Below, piece by piece: positions 14,659 through 22,499 of a DNA stretch of 40,000 nucleotides; positions within the stretch are counted from its first letter, which is position 1, and each line of letters opens with the position of its first letter. Below the pieces are notes generated by a model. That model was not told the origin of the DNA. It saw nothing but the letters and a program-made list of their open reading frames with translations, and searched no databases. Made by a program: the position numbers and the translations under genes. The stretch lies in contig NZ_LNJZ01000008.1 of assembly GCF_002866065.1 (NCBI RefSeq), forward strand, positions 106,346-146,345, given 5' to 3'. Source of the DNA: Thiopseudomonas denitrificans. GTDB lineage: Bacteria > Pseudomonadota > Gammaproteobacteria > Pseudomonadales > Pseudomonadaceae.

Positions 14659-15522
14659 ATGACCCACAGCATGACCGCTTTTGCCCGCCAGGAACTCAAT
14701 GGCCCTTACGGCACCCTGACCTGGGAAATACGCTCGGTCAATCACCGCTACCTGGAGCCGCACCTGCGCCTGCCGGAAAGTCTGCGCAGTCTTGAGGGCC
14801 CGGTGCGCGACCTTCTGCGCAAGGGACTGTCACGGGGCAAAATCGAATGCAGTCTGCGGCTGGTGGAAGCCGAGACGGCAACCGGCGGCGGCCTGAACCT
14901 GGAGCGCGCCCGTGAAGTGGTGGCTGCCGCCGAGCAAATCGCCGCGCTGATCAGTCAGCCGGCAGCACTGGATCCGCTGCAGGTCATGCAGCAGCCGGGC
15001 GTACTCAGCCGGCCCGAAGCCGATGGCGAACAACTGCAGACGGATGCCCTGCAGCTGTTCAACCGGACACTGGCGCAACTGAAGGACAACCGTGCCCGCG
15101 AAGGCGTGGAGCTGGCCCGCCTGATCAGCGAGCGGCTCGACAACATCGAACAGGAAACCCGTACGCTGGCCGAAGCCATTCCCGGTATGCTGGACGCCCA
15201 GCGCCAGAAGATCCTCGACCGCTGCCAGGAAATCGCCCTTGAAATCGACCCGCAGCGGCTGGAGCAGGAACTGGTGATGCTGGCCCAGCGCAGCGATGTC
15301 GCCGAAGAGCTCGACCGCCTGCACACTCACCTCAATGAAGTGCGTCACGTGCTGGGCAGCCAGCAGCCGGTTGGCCGCCGACTGGATTTCCTGATGCAGG
15401 AGCTGAATCGCGAGGCCAATACCCTGGGCTCCAAGGCGATTGATGTGCGCACCACGCAGGCCTCGGTCAACATCAAGGTGCTGATCGAGCAAATGAGAGA
15501 GCAGATCCAGAATATCGAGTGA
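14659..15522 (+). CDS. yicC: YicC-family stress-induced protein; its last 7 codons overlap the island attL repeat
   Basis: Part of ORF 14569..15522, trimmed to the ATG at 14659. It begins MTHSMTAFARQE and continues TWEIRSVNHRYLE. The C-terminus contains ELNREANTLGSKA. Confidence 0.85.
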   Translation: MTHSMTAFARQELNGPYGTLTWEIRSVNHRYLEPHLRLPESLRSLEGPVRDLLRKGLSRGKIECSLRLVEAETATGGGLNLERAREVVAAAEQIAALISQPAALDPLQVMQQPGVLSRPEADGEQLQTDALQLFNRTLAQLKDNRAREGVELARLISERLDNIEQETRTLAEAIPGMLDAQRQKILDRCQEIALEIDPQRLEQELVMLAQRSDVAEELDRLHTHLNEVRHVLGSQQPVGRRLDFLMQELNREANTLGSKAIDVRTTQASVNIKVLIEQMREQIQNIE

Positions 15523-15523
15523 C
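15502..15523. repeat. attL copy of the island direct repeat
   Basis: CAGATCCAGAATATCGAGTGAC here versus CAGATCCAGAACATCGAATGAC at 38080-38101, 20/22 identical. Both copies read QIQNIE-stop in the yicC frame. Confidence 0.8.
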
Positions 15524-15696
15524 ATCTACAGCCATCCATAGCTTTCCTACAACCCACGCAATACAAGGACTATAGATAAAACCCTGTCCACCCAGATCCA
15601 CCCCCACCCACCACCATCCACCAGATAATGGTGGGTATATCGGTGGGCATGCTAGCATTAACCATGAATAGAGTGGTGGGTAAATAGAGGTGAGAA

Positions 15697-16905
15697 ATGG
15701 GCAACCTGACTAGCAAAGCAGTGCAGGCAAAAATCAAGGGGGCACCGGGCCGCTTTTCAGACGGCGGGGGGCTTTATCTGGTAGTACCGAAAGCCGGTCG
15801 GGCTTATTGGATGCTGCGCTTCACATCCAATAAAAAGCGTAAAGAAATGACGCTCGGCAGGGTTGAGGACCTGTCTCTTGCAGACGCAAGAACAGAAGCA
15901 ACACTGAAAATGCAGCAACACCGTCAGGGTCTTGACCCCCTCATCGCCAAGCAGCGATCCCAGCTCGAATCAATTCGCAGCGTCGACGACCTTTTTGCAG
16001 ACTGGCATGAGGGCAACATCAAGCGCCTGAAACACCATCAGATACCCTTTCGGGTTTACTCAAAGGACATCGCACCGGTTATAGGCCAGATGCGACCAGA
16101 AGCCGTCACCGGACGCGACATACAAAGGATTTTACGTAACATCATCGAAAGCAATCGACCAACCATTGCCAACGACGCCTTGCTGTATTGCAAGCAGCTG
16201 TTTAATCACGGCATAAAACTGGATGTGGTCGCCGGCAATCCGGCCAGCGCTTTTACAGCGAGTGATGCGGGCGGCATAGAAAAAAGCAGAGACAGAGTCC
16301 TGACGCTAAAAGAAGTCACCTTTGCCTTTAAAAAATTCCGAGAAGAAACAGATAGCTTTACACGTGACAACTATCTTGCCTGTGCGCTGTTGCTGTCATT
16401 AGGCGTTAGGAAAAGCGAGCTGACTGAAGCAACCTGGAACGAGTTCGACCTTGATGGCCAGACCTGGTATCTACCCAGCGAACGAAGCAAATCCGGGGCA
16501 GCTATCGATATCCCATTGCCCGACTTGTCTATCGAGTGGCTAAAAGAGCTGAAGGTACGCTCGTTTGGCTCCGCTTACGTGCTCCCAAACAGAAGGACAA
16601 GCAAAGTGCCTCATATGGGCAAAGACACCCTGAATAGAGCAATATCAAAACTGTTTGGCAGAGAGCCCGGCAGAGCGGTGCAACCCGAGAACAAAATGGG
16701 AGAGATCGAACATTTCACAGTTCACGACCTGCGTCGCACCTGCAGAAGCCTGCTGGCATCAATCGGCGTGCCTGGCCATGTAGCTGAGCGCTGCCTGAAT
16801 CACAAATTGAAAGGCGTAGAAGGCATATACAACCGCCACGACTATTTTGATGAGAGAAGAGATGCGTTGGACAGGCTTGCCCAGCTACTTGCTCCGCTTA
16901 TATAG
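15697..16905 (+). CDS. int: tyrosine-type site-specific integrase (P4-like, DUF4102 N-terminal domain)
   Basis: 402-aa ORF. The N-terminus is FSDGGGLYLVVPKAGRAYWMLRF. The C-terminal catalytic region is HFTVHDLRRTCRS, then HVAERCLNH, then GIYNRHDY (R..HxxR..H..Y). Confidence 0.9.
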   Translation: MGNLTSKAVQAKIKGAPGRFSDGGGLYLVVPKAGRAYWMLRFTSNKKRKEMTLGRVEDLSLADARTEATLKMQQHRQGLDPLIAKQRSQLESIRSVDDLFADWHEGNIKRLKHHQIPFRVYSKDIAPVIGQMRPEAVTGRDIQRILRNIIESNRPTIANDALLYCKQLFNHGIKLDVVAGNPASAFTASDAGGIEKSRDRVLTLKEVTFAFKKFREETDSFTRDNYLACALLLSLGVRKSELTEATWNEFDLDGQTWYLPSERSKSGAAIDIPLPDLSIEWLKELKVRSFGSAYVLPNRRTSKVPHMGKDTLNRAISKLFGREPGRAVQPENKMGEIEHFTVHDLRRTCRSLLASIGVPGHVAERCLNHKLKGVEGIYNRHDYFDERRDALDRLAQLLAPLI

Positions 16906-16968
16906 AGCTTTCTAGCGTGTCCGCGTATCGGTCAACCACCTTGGTAGCCGATACCGTGTAAATCCCGC

Positions 16969-17271
16969 CTAGCGCCCTTTCAGATGCCCTGCTGGGGTCA
17001 TACGTTGGTGCAGCACCGCAAACACCACCAGCTGATTCTTCTCCAACCTGTAGTAGAGCATGTGGCTGCCGTACGGAAAGCTGAACACCCCGCCGTCTAC
17101 ATCCTGCCTGGCCAGCCCCTGAGCAGGAAACTCAGCAAGCAGCCTGATAGTGCTCTGCATACCTTCGAGGTACTTTCTGGACTGTTCCTGCCCCCACTGC
17201 TGCACGGTATAACGACGAATTGCCGTTAAATCCTGCTGAGCATCACGGGTTAAACGAAAAGCCGCTGCCAT
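16969..17271 (-). CDS. parE: type II toxin, ParE/RelE family
   Basis: 100-aa ORF beginning FRLTRDAQQDLTAIRRYTVQQWGQEQSRKYL. Its start overlaps the stop of the upstream antitoxin by 1 nt (TGATG). Confidence 0.8.
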   Translation of the reverse strand: MAAAFRLTRDAQQDLTAIRRYTVQQWGQEQSRKYLEGMQSTIRLLAEFPAQGLARQDVDGGVFSFPYGSHMLYYRLEKNQLVVFAVLHQRMTPAGHLKGR

Positions 17272-17537
17272 CAGTCATCGTTTCCTTGCAAGAGCTGGTC
17301 AAAGAACTGGCCGCCATCAACGGTATCCCCTGCCGCGATCTGCTCCCTCGCCCGCTCCGCCCTCAAACGCAATAACTCCAGCTTCAGTTCATCCGTACTC
17401 ACAAAATCCTCGGACGATACCAATACTGCCACCGGCTTGCCGTGCTTGCTGATGTGTACGGGCTCTCGCTGAGACATCAGCAATACCTCACCAAATTTCG
17501 TTTTTGCTTCGTTTGCTGTCATTACAGGTCTAGACAT
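17271..17537 (-). CDS. type II antitoxin, Phd/YefM family
   Basis: ORF 17271..17567. The likely start is the ATG at 17537 or 17522. It reads MTANEAKTKFGEVLLMSQREPVHISKHGKPVAVLVS and is translationally coupled to parE. Confidence 0.75.
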   Translation of the reverse strand: MSRPVMTANEAKTKFGEVLLMSQREPVHISKHGKPVAVLVSSEDFVSTDELKLELLRLRAERAREQIAAGDTVDGGQFFDQLLQGNDD

Positions 17538-17709
17538 TGCACACCTCGCCCTAAACGCTCGATTCATTCATATCGAATGATTTGACCAATTTAAACCAAG
17601 CCTACCACGTCTCTCGGCCAACCGTCGCTCCGGTTTATCTTATTCAAAAAAATTACAGTCACACATTACTGTCATGACGATGACGTCATCATCCATTGGA
17701 GTCTTGATC

Positions 17710-18018
17710 ATGACAGTACGATGCCCACATTGCGGCTCAACAAACACACACCAATCATCCAGCATCACCACAACCACTGCGGGTGCCGGAGCGATAGGTG
17801 GCATAGCCACAGCCGTTTCCAAAACCCTCGGCAAAGGCATTCCTGCCGGTGGGGCCGTTCAGTTTGCTGCCGGAATCATCATCAGCAGTATCTTCTCTGG
17901 TTTGGCAGGCACCCTGCTTGGGGCCAAAGTCGGCTCAGAGCTGGAGCGTTCCATGCCGCCCAAGCATCACTGCAATCAGTGCGGCCACAGCTTTACCTCA
18001 ATGAAACAACTCAGCTAA
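17710..18018 (+). CDS. small protein: split zinc ribbon flanking a glycine-zipper hydrophobic core
   Basis: Part of ORF 17674..18018, trimmed to the ATG at 17710 (GGAG 9 nt upstream). CPHCG lies at the N-terminus and CNQCGH near the C-terminus. About 75 Gly/Ala-rich residues lie between them (GAGAIGGIATA, GLAGTLLGAKVG). Confidence 0.6.
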   Translation: MTVRCPHCGSTNTHQSSSITTTTAGAGAIGGIATAVSKTLGKGIPAGGAVQFAAGIIISSIFSGLAGTLLGAKVGSELERSMPPKHHCNQCGHSFTSMKQLS

Positions 18019-18035
18019 TCATAAGGAGAAACCCC

Positions 18036-19004
18036 ATGGCTCATTTAGTCGAACAGATGGCCTATGCCGGTGATACACCTTGGCATGGGTTAGGCAATCA
18101 ACTCTCGCCCAAGCAACCCCTTGAGGTCTGGCGGCGGGAAGCCGGGATGGATTGGGAAATCCTTGATAGCCCGGTTCACTTCAAGTCAGAAGTGCACGGC
18201 CCTTTGGGTGCCATTCATACATTCCCTGAACAACGTGTCCTCTACCGCTCAGATACCAAAACGGCTCTGTCGGTAGTGTCCAATCGTTATCAGGTGGTAC
18301 AGCCCCGTGATGTGATCGAGTTCTATCGTGACCTGACCGAGGTATCCGGGTACGAACTGGAAACAGCGGGCGTGCTCAAAGGCGGACGCAAGTTTTGGGC
18401 GCTGGCACGTACCGGCCTGGACTTCGCTTTGAAAGGCAAAGATCAGGTGAACGGCTATCTGCTCCTGGCAACGTCCTGTGACGGCACCATGGCCACCACC
18501 GCAACACCGACCACTGTGCGTGTGGTGTGCAACAACACCCTGACCGTGGCCATTGATGGCGCACCCCGTGCCATCAAGGTTCCACACAACACGATCTTCC
18601 AGCCTGATGTGGTAAAGCAGGATCTGGGCATTGCCGTTTCACAATGGGACGACTTCAAGTACCAGATGCGCCTGCTCTCTCAACGCAAAGTCCGCTGGAA
18701 GGAAGCCATGGCCTACTTCATGGATGTGGTATGCGACATTGATGAAGAAGCCCCAGTACCTGAAAAGATCCCCAACGAACGTGGCCTCAAGCGGGTTCAG
18801 GATCTATTTGATGGTGCTGGTCGTGGTAGCGATCTGGAGTCAGCCCACGGGACGGCCTGGGGCATGCTCAGTGCAGTGACCGAATACGTTGATCACCATC
18901 GGCAAGCTCGCAATAACGATTACCGGCTGGATTCTGCCTGGTTCGGTAACGGTGCGCTGATGAAGCAACGTGCGCTGGATTCTGCGCTGCGCTTGGTTGC
19001 TTAA
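18036..19004 (+). CDS. DUF932 domain protein (phage/plasmid-like, YfjQ type)
   Basis: Part of ORF 17721..19004, trimmed to the ATG at 18036, which is preceded by AAGGAGA. MAHLVEQMAYAGDTPWHGLGN is the usual DUF932 N-terminus. It also contains GGRKFWALA and LLATSCDG. Confidence 0.75.
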   Translation: MAHLVEQMAYAGDTPWHGLGNQLSPKQPLEVWRREAGMDWEILDSPVHFKSEVHGPLGAIHTFPEQRVLYRSDTKTALSVVSNRYQVVQPRDVIEFYRDLTEVSGYELETAGVLKGGRKFWALARTGLDFALKGKDQVNGYLLLATSCDGTMATTATPTTVRVVCNNTLTVAIDGAPRAIKVPHNTIFQPDVVKQDLGIAVSQWDDFKYQMRLLSQRKVRWKEAMAYFMDVVCDIDEEAPVPEKIPNERGLKRVQDLFDGAGRGSDLESAHGTAWGMLSAVTEYVDHHRQARNNDYRLDSAWFGNGALMKQRALDSALRLVA

Positions 19005-19059
19005 CCCTCTCCCAACCCTGCGTTTTACCCCCAATATTCAACTGAAACTGGAGTGCATT

Positions 19060-20061
19060 ATGGAAGCTCATAAATTGCAGCCTACGGCTGTGCCTTATCG
19101 TGCGCTACGTCTGGTGAACACCAAGGACATGGAGCGTGAAGAATGGCTGAAAATCCGCAAACAAGGCATTGGCAGCTCGGATGCTGCAGCGGCTATCGGT
19201 CTTAACCCTTACAAGTCACAACTGGAGCTCTGGATGGAGAAAACCGGGCGTGACAAGGAGCTACCCAAGCCTGACCCGGATGACGATACAGCCCCTGTGT
19301 TTTGGGGAACCGTCCTGGAGCCGATTGTGGCTGTGCAGTATGCCAAGAAGACGGGAAACAAGGTGCGGCGCATCAATGCCGTACTGCAACACCCTGACCC
19401 GGACTTGCACTGGATGCTAGCCAACATCGACCGTGAAGTTAACGGAAGCCCGGAAGTACAGATCCTGGAGTGCAAAACGGCAGGCATTAACGGGGCTCGC
19501 CTATGGAAGGAAGGCGTTCCCGAGTATGTACAGGTGCAGGTCATGCACCAACTGGCTGTGACAGGCAAGCAGGCCGCTGATGTGGCCGTGCTGATTGCCG
19601 GGCAGCAGCTGGAAGTGTTTCGTATTGACCGTGATGAAACCATGATTGCCCAGCTCATCGAGCTGGAAAAGCAGTTCTGGCATTACGTTGAAACGGATAC
19701 GCCACCGCCTGCTGACGGCTCTGCATCGGCTGATCAGGCACTGCGTTGCCTCTTCCCACGGGATGATGGCGAAGTTCTCGATCTTACGGACAACCCTGAA
19801 CTCAACCAAGCCTACGAAGAACTGAAGCAGATTCGTCGTGAAATTGCCGAGCAGGAAAAACTGGAAGCGTCCCTCAAACAAAAGCTGCAACAAGCCATGG
19901 GCGAAGCGTCCAAAGCTGTATTTACCAGTGGCTTTGTTACCTGGCGTAAAGCCAAGGACAGCCTGACGTTCAACAGCTCTGCCTTGCTCAAGGACTTGCC
20001 TCATCTTCAACAGAAGTACCAAGAGCTGCGTAAAGGCAGTAGACGTTTCTTGATCAACTGA
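19060..20061 (+). CDS. YqaJ-like viral recombinase-domain exonuclease
   Basis: Part of ORF 18970..20061, trimmed to the ATG at 19060. It has REEWLKIRKQGIGSSDAAAAIGLNPYKSQLELW, and the PD-(D/E)xK-like core is ILECKTA. Confidence 0.75.
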   Translation: MEAHKLQPTAVPYRALRLVNTKDMEREEWLKIRKQGIGSSDAAAAIGLNPYKSQLELWMEKTGRDKELPKPDPDDDTAPVFWGTVLEPIVAVQYAKKTGNKVRRINAVLQHPDPDLHWMLANIDREVNGSPEVQILECKTAGINGARLWKEGVPEYVQVQVMHQLAVTGKQAADVAVLIAGQQLEVFRIDRDETMIAQLIELEKQFWHYVETDTPPPADGSASADQALRCLFPRDDGEVLDLTDNPELNQAYEELKQIRREIAEQEKLEASLKQKLQQAMGEASKAVFTSGFVTWRKAKDSLTFNSSALLKDLPHLQQKYQELRKGSRRFLIN

Positions 20062-20085
20062 ATCAGCACCTATCACACAACACAG

Positions 20086-20131
20086 CATAAGCCCCCCAGC
20101 CGCGCCATGCAGCTGGGGGGCTTATGCGTTT
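20086..20131 (+). terminator. strong hairpin after the YqaJ-like gene
   Basis: Perfect 15-bp stem CATAAGCCCCCCAGC (20086-20100) pairs with GCTGGGGGGCTTATG (20112-20126). Only a weak T-tract follows (CGTTTGGG). Confidence 0.6.
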
Positions 20132-20143
20132 GGGAGAAAGAAA

Positions 20144-21109
20144 ATGCTCAAAGGTTTAGCTATCACACCGCCTGTCGCCGGGCGGATTACGATTGGTCGT
20201 GTCGTTGAAAAGAACGGTAAACGGCTGCCAGAAAAAGATGATCAATTCACTATCACCACGCAAATCCAGCATCGTCTGGAATGGTTGCTTCATCCGTTGA
20301 ATCTGACACTGCGTGGTTCCAATCAGGAGGAAAAGCTGCGGCGTATTCCTATTCGGTTCATGTTCAACGATCCATCGTTAAATTTCCGTGCTGACTACAG
20401 TCTGTTTGATCGCAGCAGCGGCAGGCCCATGTGTGTTGGGGACGGGGACACCTGCAAACGCATGACCAACGAAGGTCTGCAAAACCTGCCCTGCCCCGGT
20501 GCGGATCTTTGCCCACTGGGTCAGCATGGTGGCTGCAAGCCCTATGGTCGGCTGACAGTGCAGATTGATGACGGGGAGAACACCGACAGCTTTATTTTTC
20601 GCACAACCGGCTTCAACAGTATTCGTACCCTATTCGCCCGGCTGCACTACTTCAGTGCGCTGTCCAACAACAAGCTAGCCTGCTTACCGCTGGAGCTACG
20701 GTTACGGGGTAAATCCACTCGAATGAGTCATGGAACAGCCATTTTCTATGCCGATATCACCCTACGCAGTGACATGAGCATGGAAGAAACGCTGATCGCT
20801 GCTAATGCCCTGCATGAACAACGACTGGCCGCAGGCTTTAACCAAGACGCGCTGGATGCAGCGGCTCGCCAAGGGCTGAATAACGGCACATTTGAGGATG
20901 ATGAAGATGATGTCGCCAGCTTGGTGGAAGAGTTTTACCCAGAACAGTCAGCTATTAGTGAAAAAATAACAAAAAACACCGGTGAACGTCTGCTCCAAAC
21001 CACCAACAATCTGGCTGCCAAGCTGGAACACAAAGTACGCAGCCAAGCAGACCAAAGGCATCTGCCTGCCCAACCAAGCAACCCCGCTAACGGTGAGGCT
21101 CAGCCATGA
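20144..21109 (+). CDS. hypothetical Cys-rich protein (321 aa), possible recombination partner of the YqaJ exonuclease
   Basis: ORF with the Cys cluster CVGDGDTCKRMTNEGLQNLPCPGADLCPLGQHGGCKPYG and an acidic tail (FEDDEDDVASLVEEF). No family is confidently recognised. Only its position after yqaJ suggests a role. Confidence 0.5.
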   Translation: MLKGLAITPPVAGRITIGRVVEKNGKRLPEKDDQFTITTQIQHRLEWLLHPLNLTLRGSNQEEKLRRIPIRFMFNDPSLNFRADYSLFDRSSGRPMCVGDGDTCKRMTNEGLQNLPCPGADLCPLGQHGGCKPYGRLTVQIDDGENTDSFIFRTTGFNSIRTLFARLHYFSALSNNKLACLPLELRLRGKSTRMSHGTAIFYADITLRSDMSMEETLIAANALHEQRLAAGFNQDALDAAARQGLNNGTFEDDEDDVASLVEEFYPEQSAISEKITKNTGERLLQTTNNLAAKLEHKVRSQADQRHLPAQPSNPANGEAQP

Positions 21110-21267
21110 AGAAACAATCAAAACCGGCCCTGCCCCTAACCTGTATCCACTGTAAACAAGCAGTGGCCATCCCTGATTTTGTTAAGCCGGGCCAAGTCTG
21201 GGTAGGCACATGCAGCAACGGGCACAAGGCACTGTATAGCTGCCCTGCACCCCACGAAACTCAATAA
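21106..21267 (+). CDS. small zinc-ribbon-like protein (53 aa)
   Basis: Below the ORF-track size cutoff. Its ATG at 21106 overlaps the upstream TGA (ATGA coupling). The translation is MKKQSKPALPLTCIHCKQAVAIPDFVKPGQVWVGTCSNGHKALYSCPAPHETQ. A terminator follows. Confidence 0.5.
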   Translation: MKKQSKPALPLTCIHCKQAVAIPDFVKPGQVWVGTCSNGHKALYSCPAPHETQ

Positions 21268-21284
21268 ACACTTGCCCCCATAAC

Positions 21285-21310
21285 AGCCGCCCAACCGAGG
21301 CGGCTTTTTT
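21285..21310 (+). terminator. rho-independent terminator
   Basis: Stem AGCCGCC (21285-21291) pairs with GGCGGCT (21299-21305), then TTTTTT. Confidence 0.8.
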
Positions 21311-21326
21311 ATATCTGGAGAAAACC

Positions 21327-21827
21327 ATGCAATATCACAAACTGAAATCTGGCCAAGAGCCCGGCACCTACATCATGGAAAATACCTTAGTCACCGAGGA
21401 GGATATTCTGACCATCGCAAAACAGCTGTCACGCAAACGCCTAAGCCGTGGCCGGGCAATTACCAACGCAACCGATGTCAAGGAACACTTACGTAATCTG
21501 ATGCACGAGTACGAAAGCGAAGTCTTTGCCATTTTGCTGCTTGATACCAAACATCGCATCCTGGCCTTCAAGGAGCTCTTCTACGGCACGATTGACGGAG
21601 CCTCGGTCTACCCGCGTGAAATCGTCAAACTGGCCTTACAGCACAACGCAGCGGCTGCCATACTGGTGCACAACCATCCATCCGGTGATTCAACCCCAAG
21701 TCAAGCCGATAAGCTGCTGACCAAGCGACTAAAAGAGGCTTTGGGGCTGGTTGATGTTAGGGTGCTGGACCATATCGTGGTGGGGACAGAAGGGGCTACG
21801 TCCATGGTGGAGTATGGATGGATGTAG
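21327..21827 (+). CDS. RadC-like JAB domain protein (island copy, short N-terminus)
   Basis: 166-aa ORF containing [17 protein letters not shown] and HNHPSGDSTPSQAD. It ends SMVEYGWM, like the chromosomal radC. Confidence 0.85.
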   Translation: MQYHKLKSGQEPGTYIMENTLVTEEDILTIAKQLSRKRLSRGRAITNATDVKEHLRNLMHEYESEVFAILLLDTKHRILAFKELFYGTIDGASVYPREIVKLALQHNAAAAILVHNHPSGDSTPSQADKLLTKRLKEALGLVDVRVLDHIVVGTEGATSMVEYGWM

Positions 21828-21835
21828 CAAGAAAC

Positions 21836-21871
21836 AAACCCAGCACTTTCTGTTGCTGGGTTTATTTTTTT
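21836..21871 (+). terminator. rho-independent terminator after island radC
   Basis: Stem AAACCCAGCA (21836-21845) pairs with TGCTGGGTTT (21854-21863), followed by a T-rich tract. Confidence 0.8.
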
Positions 21872-21920
21872 GCTTCGACTGTGCTTGGTTTAGAGTGTAG
21901 CGGTCTAATACCCATGTAAG
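21871..21920. other. attC-like remnant at the distal end of the cassette array
   Basis: Shares GCGGTCTAATAC plus flanking similarity with the site upstream of aadA1, in inverted orientation (about 35 of 50 aligned columns by hand). It contains a GTAAGC box resembling GTTAAGC. Confidence 0.3.
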
Positions 21921-21996
21921 CGAGAATAGACGCCACAGAGAGGTGTTTATAAAAGCAGGGGCTAATCACTAACAACACAGATGTCGTCCTCCTATA

Positions 21997-22420
21997 TCAG
22001 GATAGTTGTCACTATATTTAGCCTCAAGCAGCCTGTTGTTTCAGTCTTTTTTCCGGATTCAGTGCCACAGGTCCAACCGGCTGACAACTTGTAACCGAGC
22101 GAGAGCATCAATGAGCCGGGTTGGCCAGTTTGGCCTGTTCCGCACCGCTTTGCCCTGAGCTAACAGTGCCTTATCTTTGCGCTGATGACGTTGTGCAGGT
22201 GTAACAAAGTTAATCTTGCTGTAACGGTGCCCGTTATTTTACCAGCGTATAAAATATTCACTTCAGCCAGCACAGACGTTTAAGGGCCATTGTGGGCGGT
22301 ACCTCAACACCCATCGATAAACGCCTTATCATTGCTGACTCAGGCGCGGCTGCATGACAGCTCATCGCAGATACCTTTTACCGCCAGTCTGGTGAAATTT
22401 TTTTTGGAGGGGAGGTGACA
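21997..22420. mobile_element. 424-bp IS-derived or MITE-like element with 16-bp perfect terminal inverted repeats
   Basis: TCAGGATAGTTGTCAC at 21997-22012 has its exact reverse complement at 22405-22420. The interior holds only stop-riddled fragments, for example a minus-strand reading KINFVTPAQRHQRKDKALLAQGKAVRNRPNWPTRLIDALARLQ. No target duplication is seen. Confidence 0.45.
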
Positions 22421-22492
22421 ACTATCCTGACAGAGGGGGGCTTTAGCCGGTCCCGAGTGAGCGAAGCGAGCGACTTGAACCACTTGTTAAGC
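22421..22492 (-). other. attC of cassette 1 (5' half; interrupted by the 424-bp element)
   Basis: The minus strand reads GCTTAAC AAGTGG TTCAAGTC... starting 7 nt after the ORF stop. The inverse core site fits RYYYAAC. The expected GTTRRRY partner is missing before 22421. A candidate GTTAGTG lies at 21967-21973. Confidence 0.5.
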
Positions 22493-22499
22493 GTGCTCT

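Noticed and set aside
15523-15696. Searched for a tRNA or tmRNA 3' end as the integration target next to the P4-type integrase.
   Set aside because: No cloverleaf-compatible sequence or CCA-proximal acceptor stem was seen at either junction. The direct repeat lies in the yicC coding end instead.
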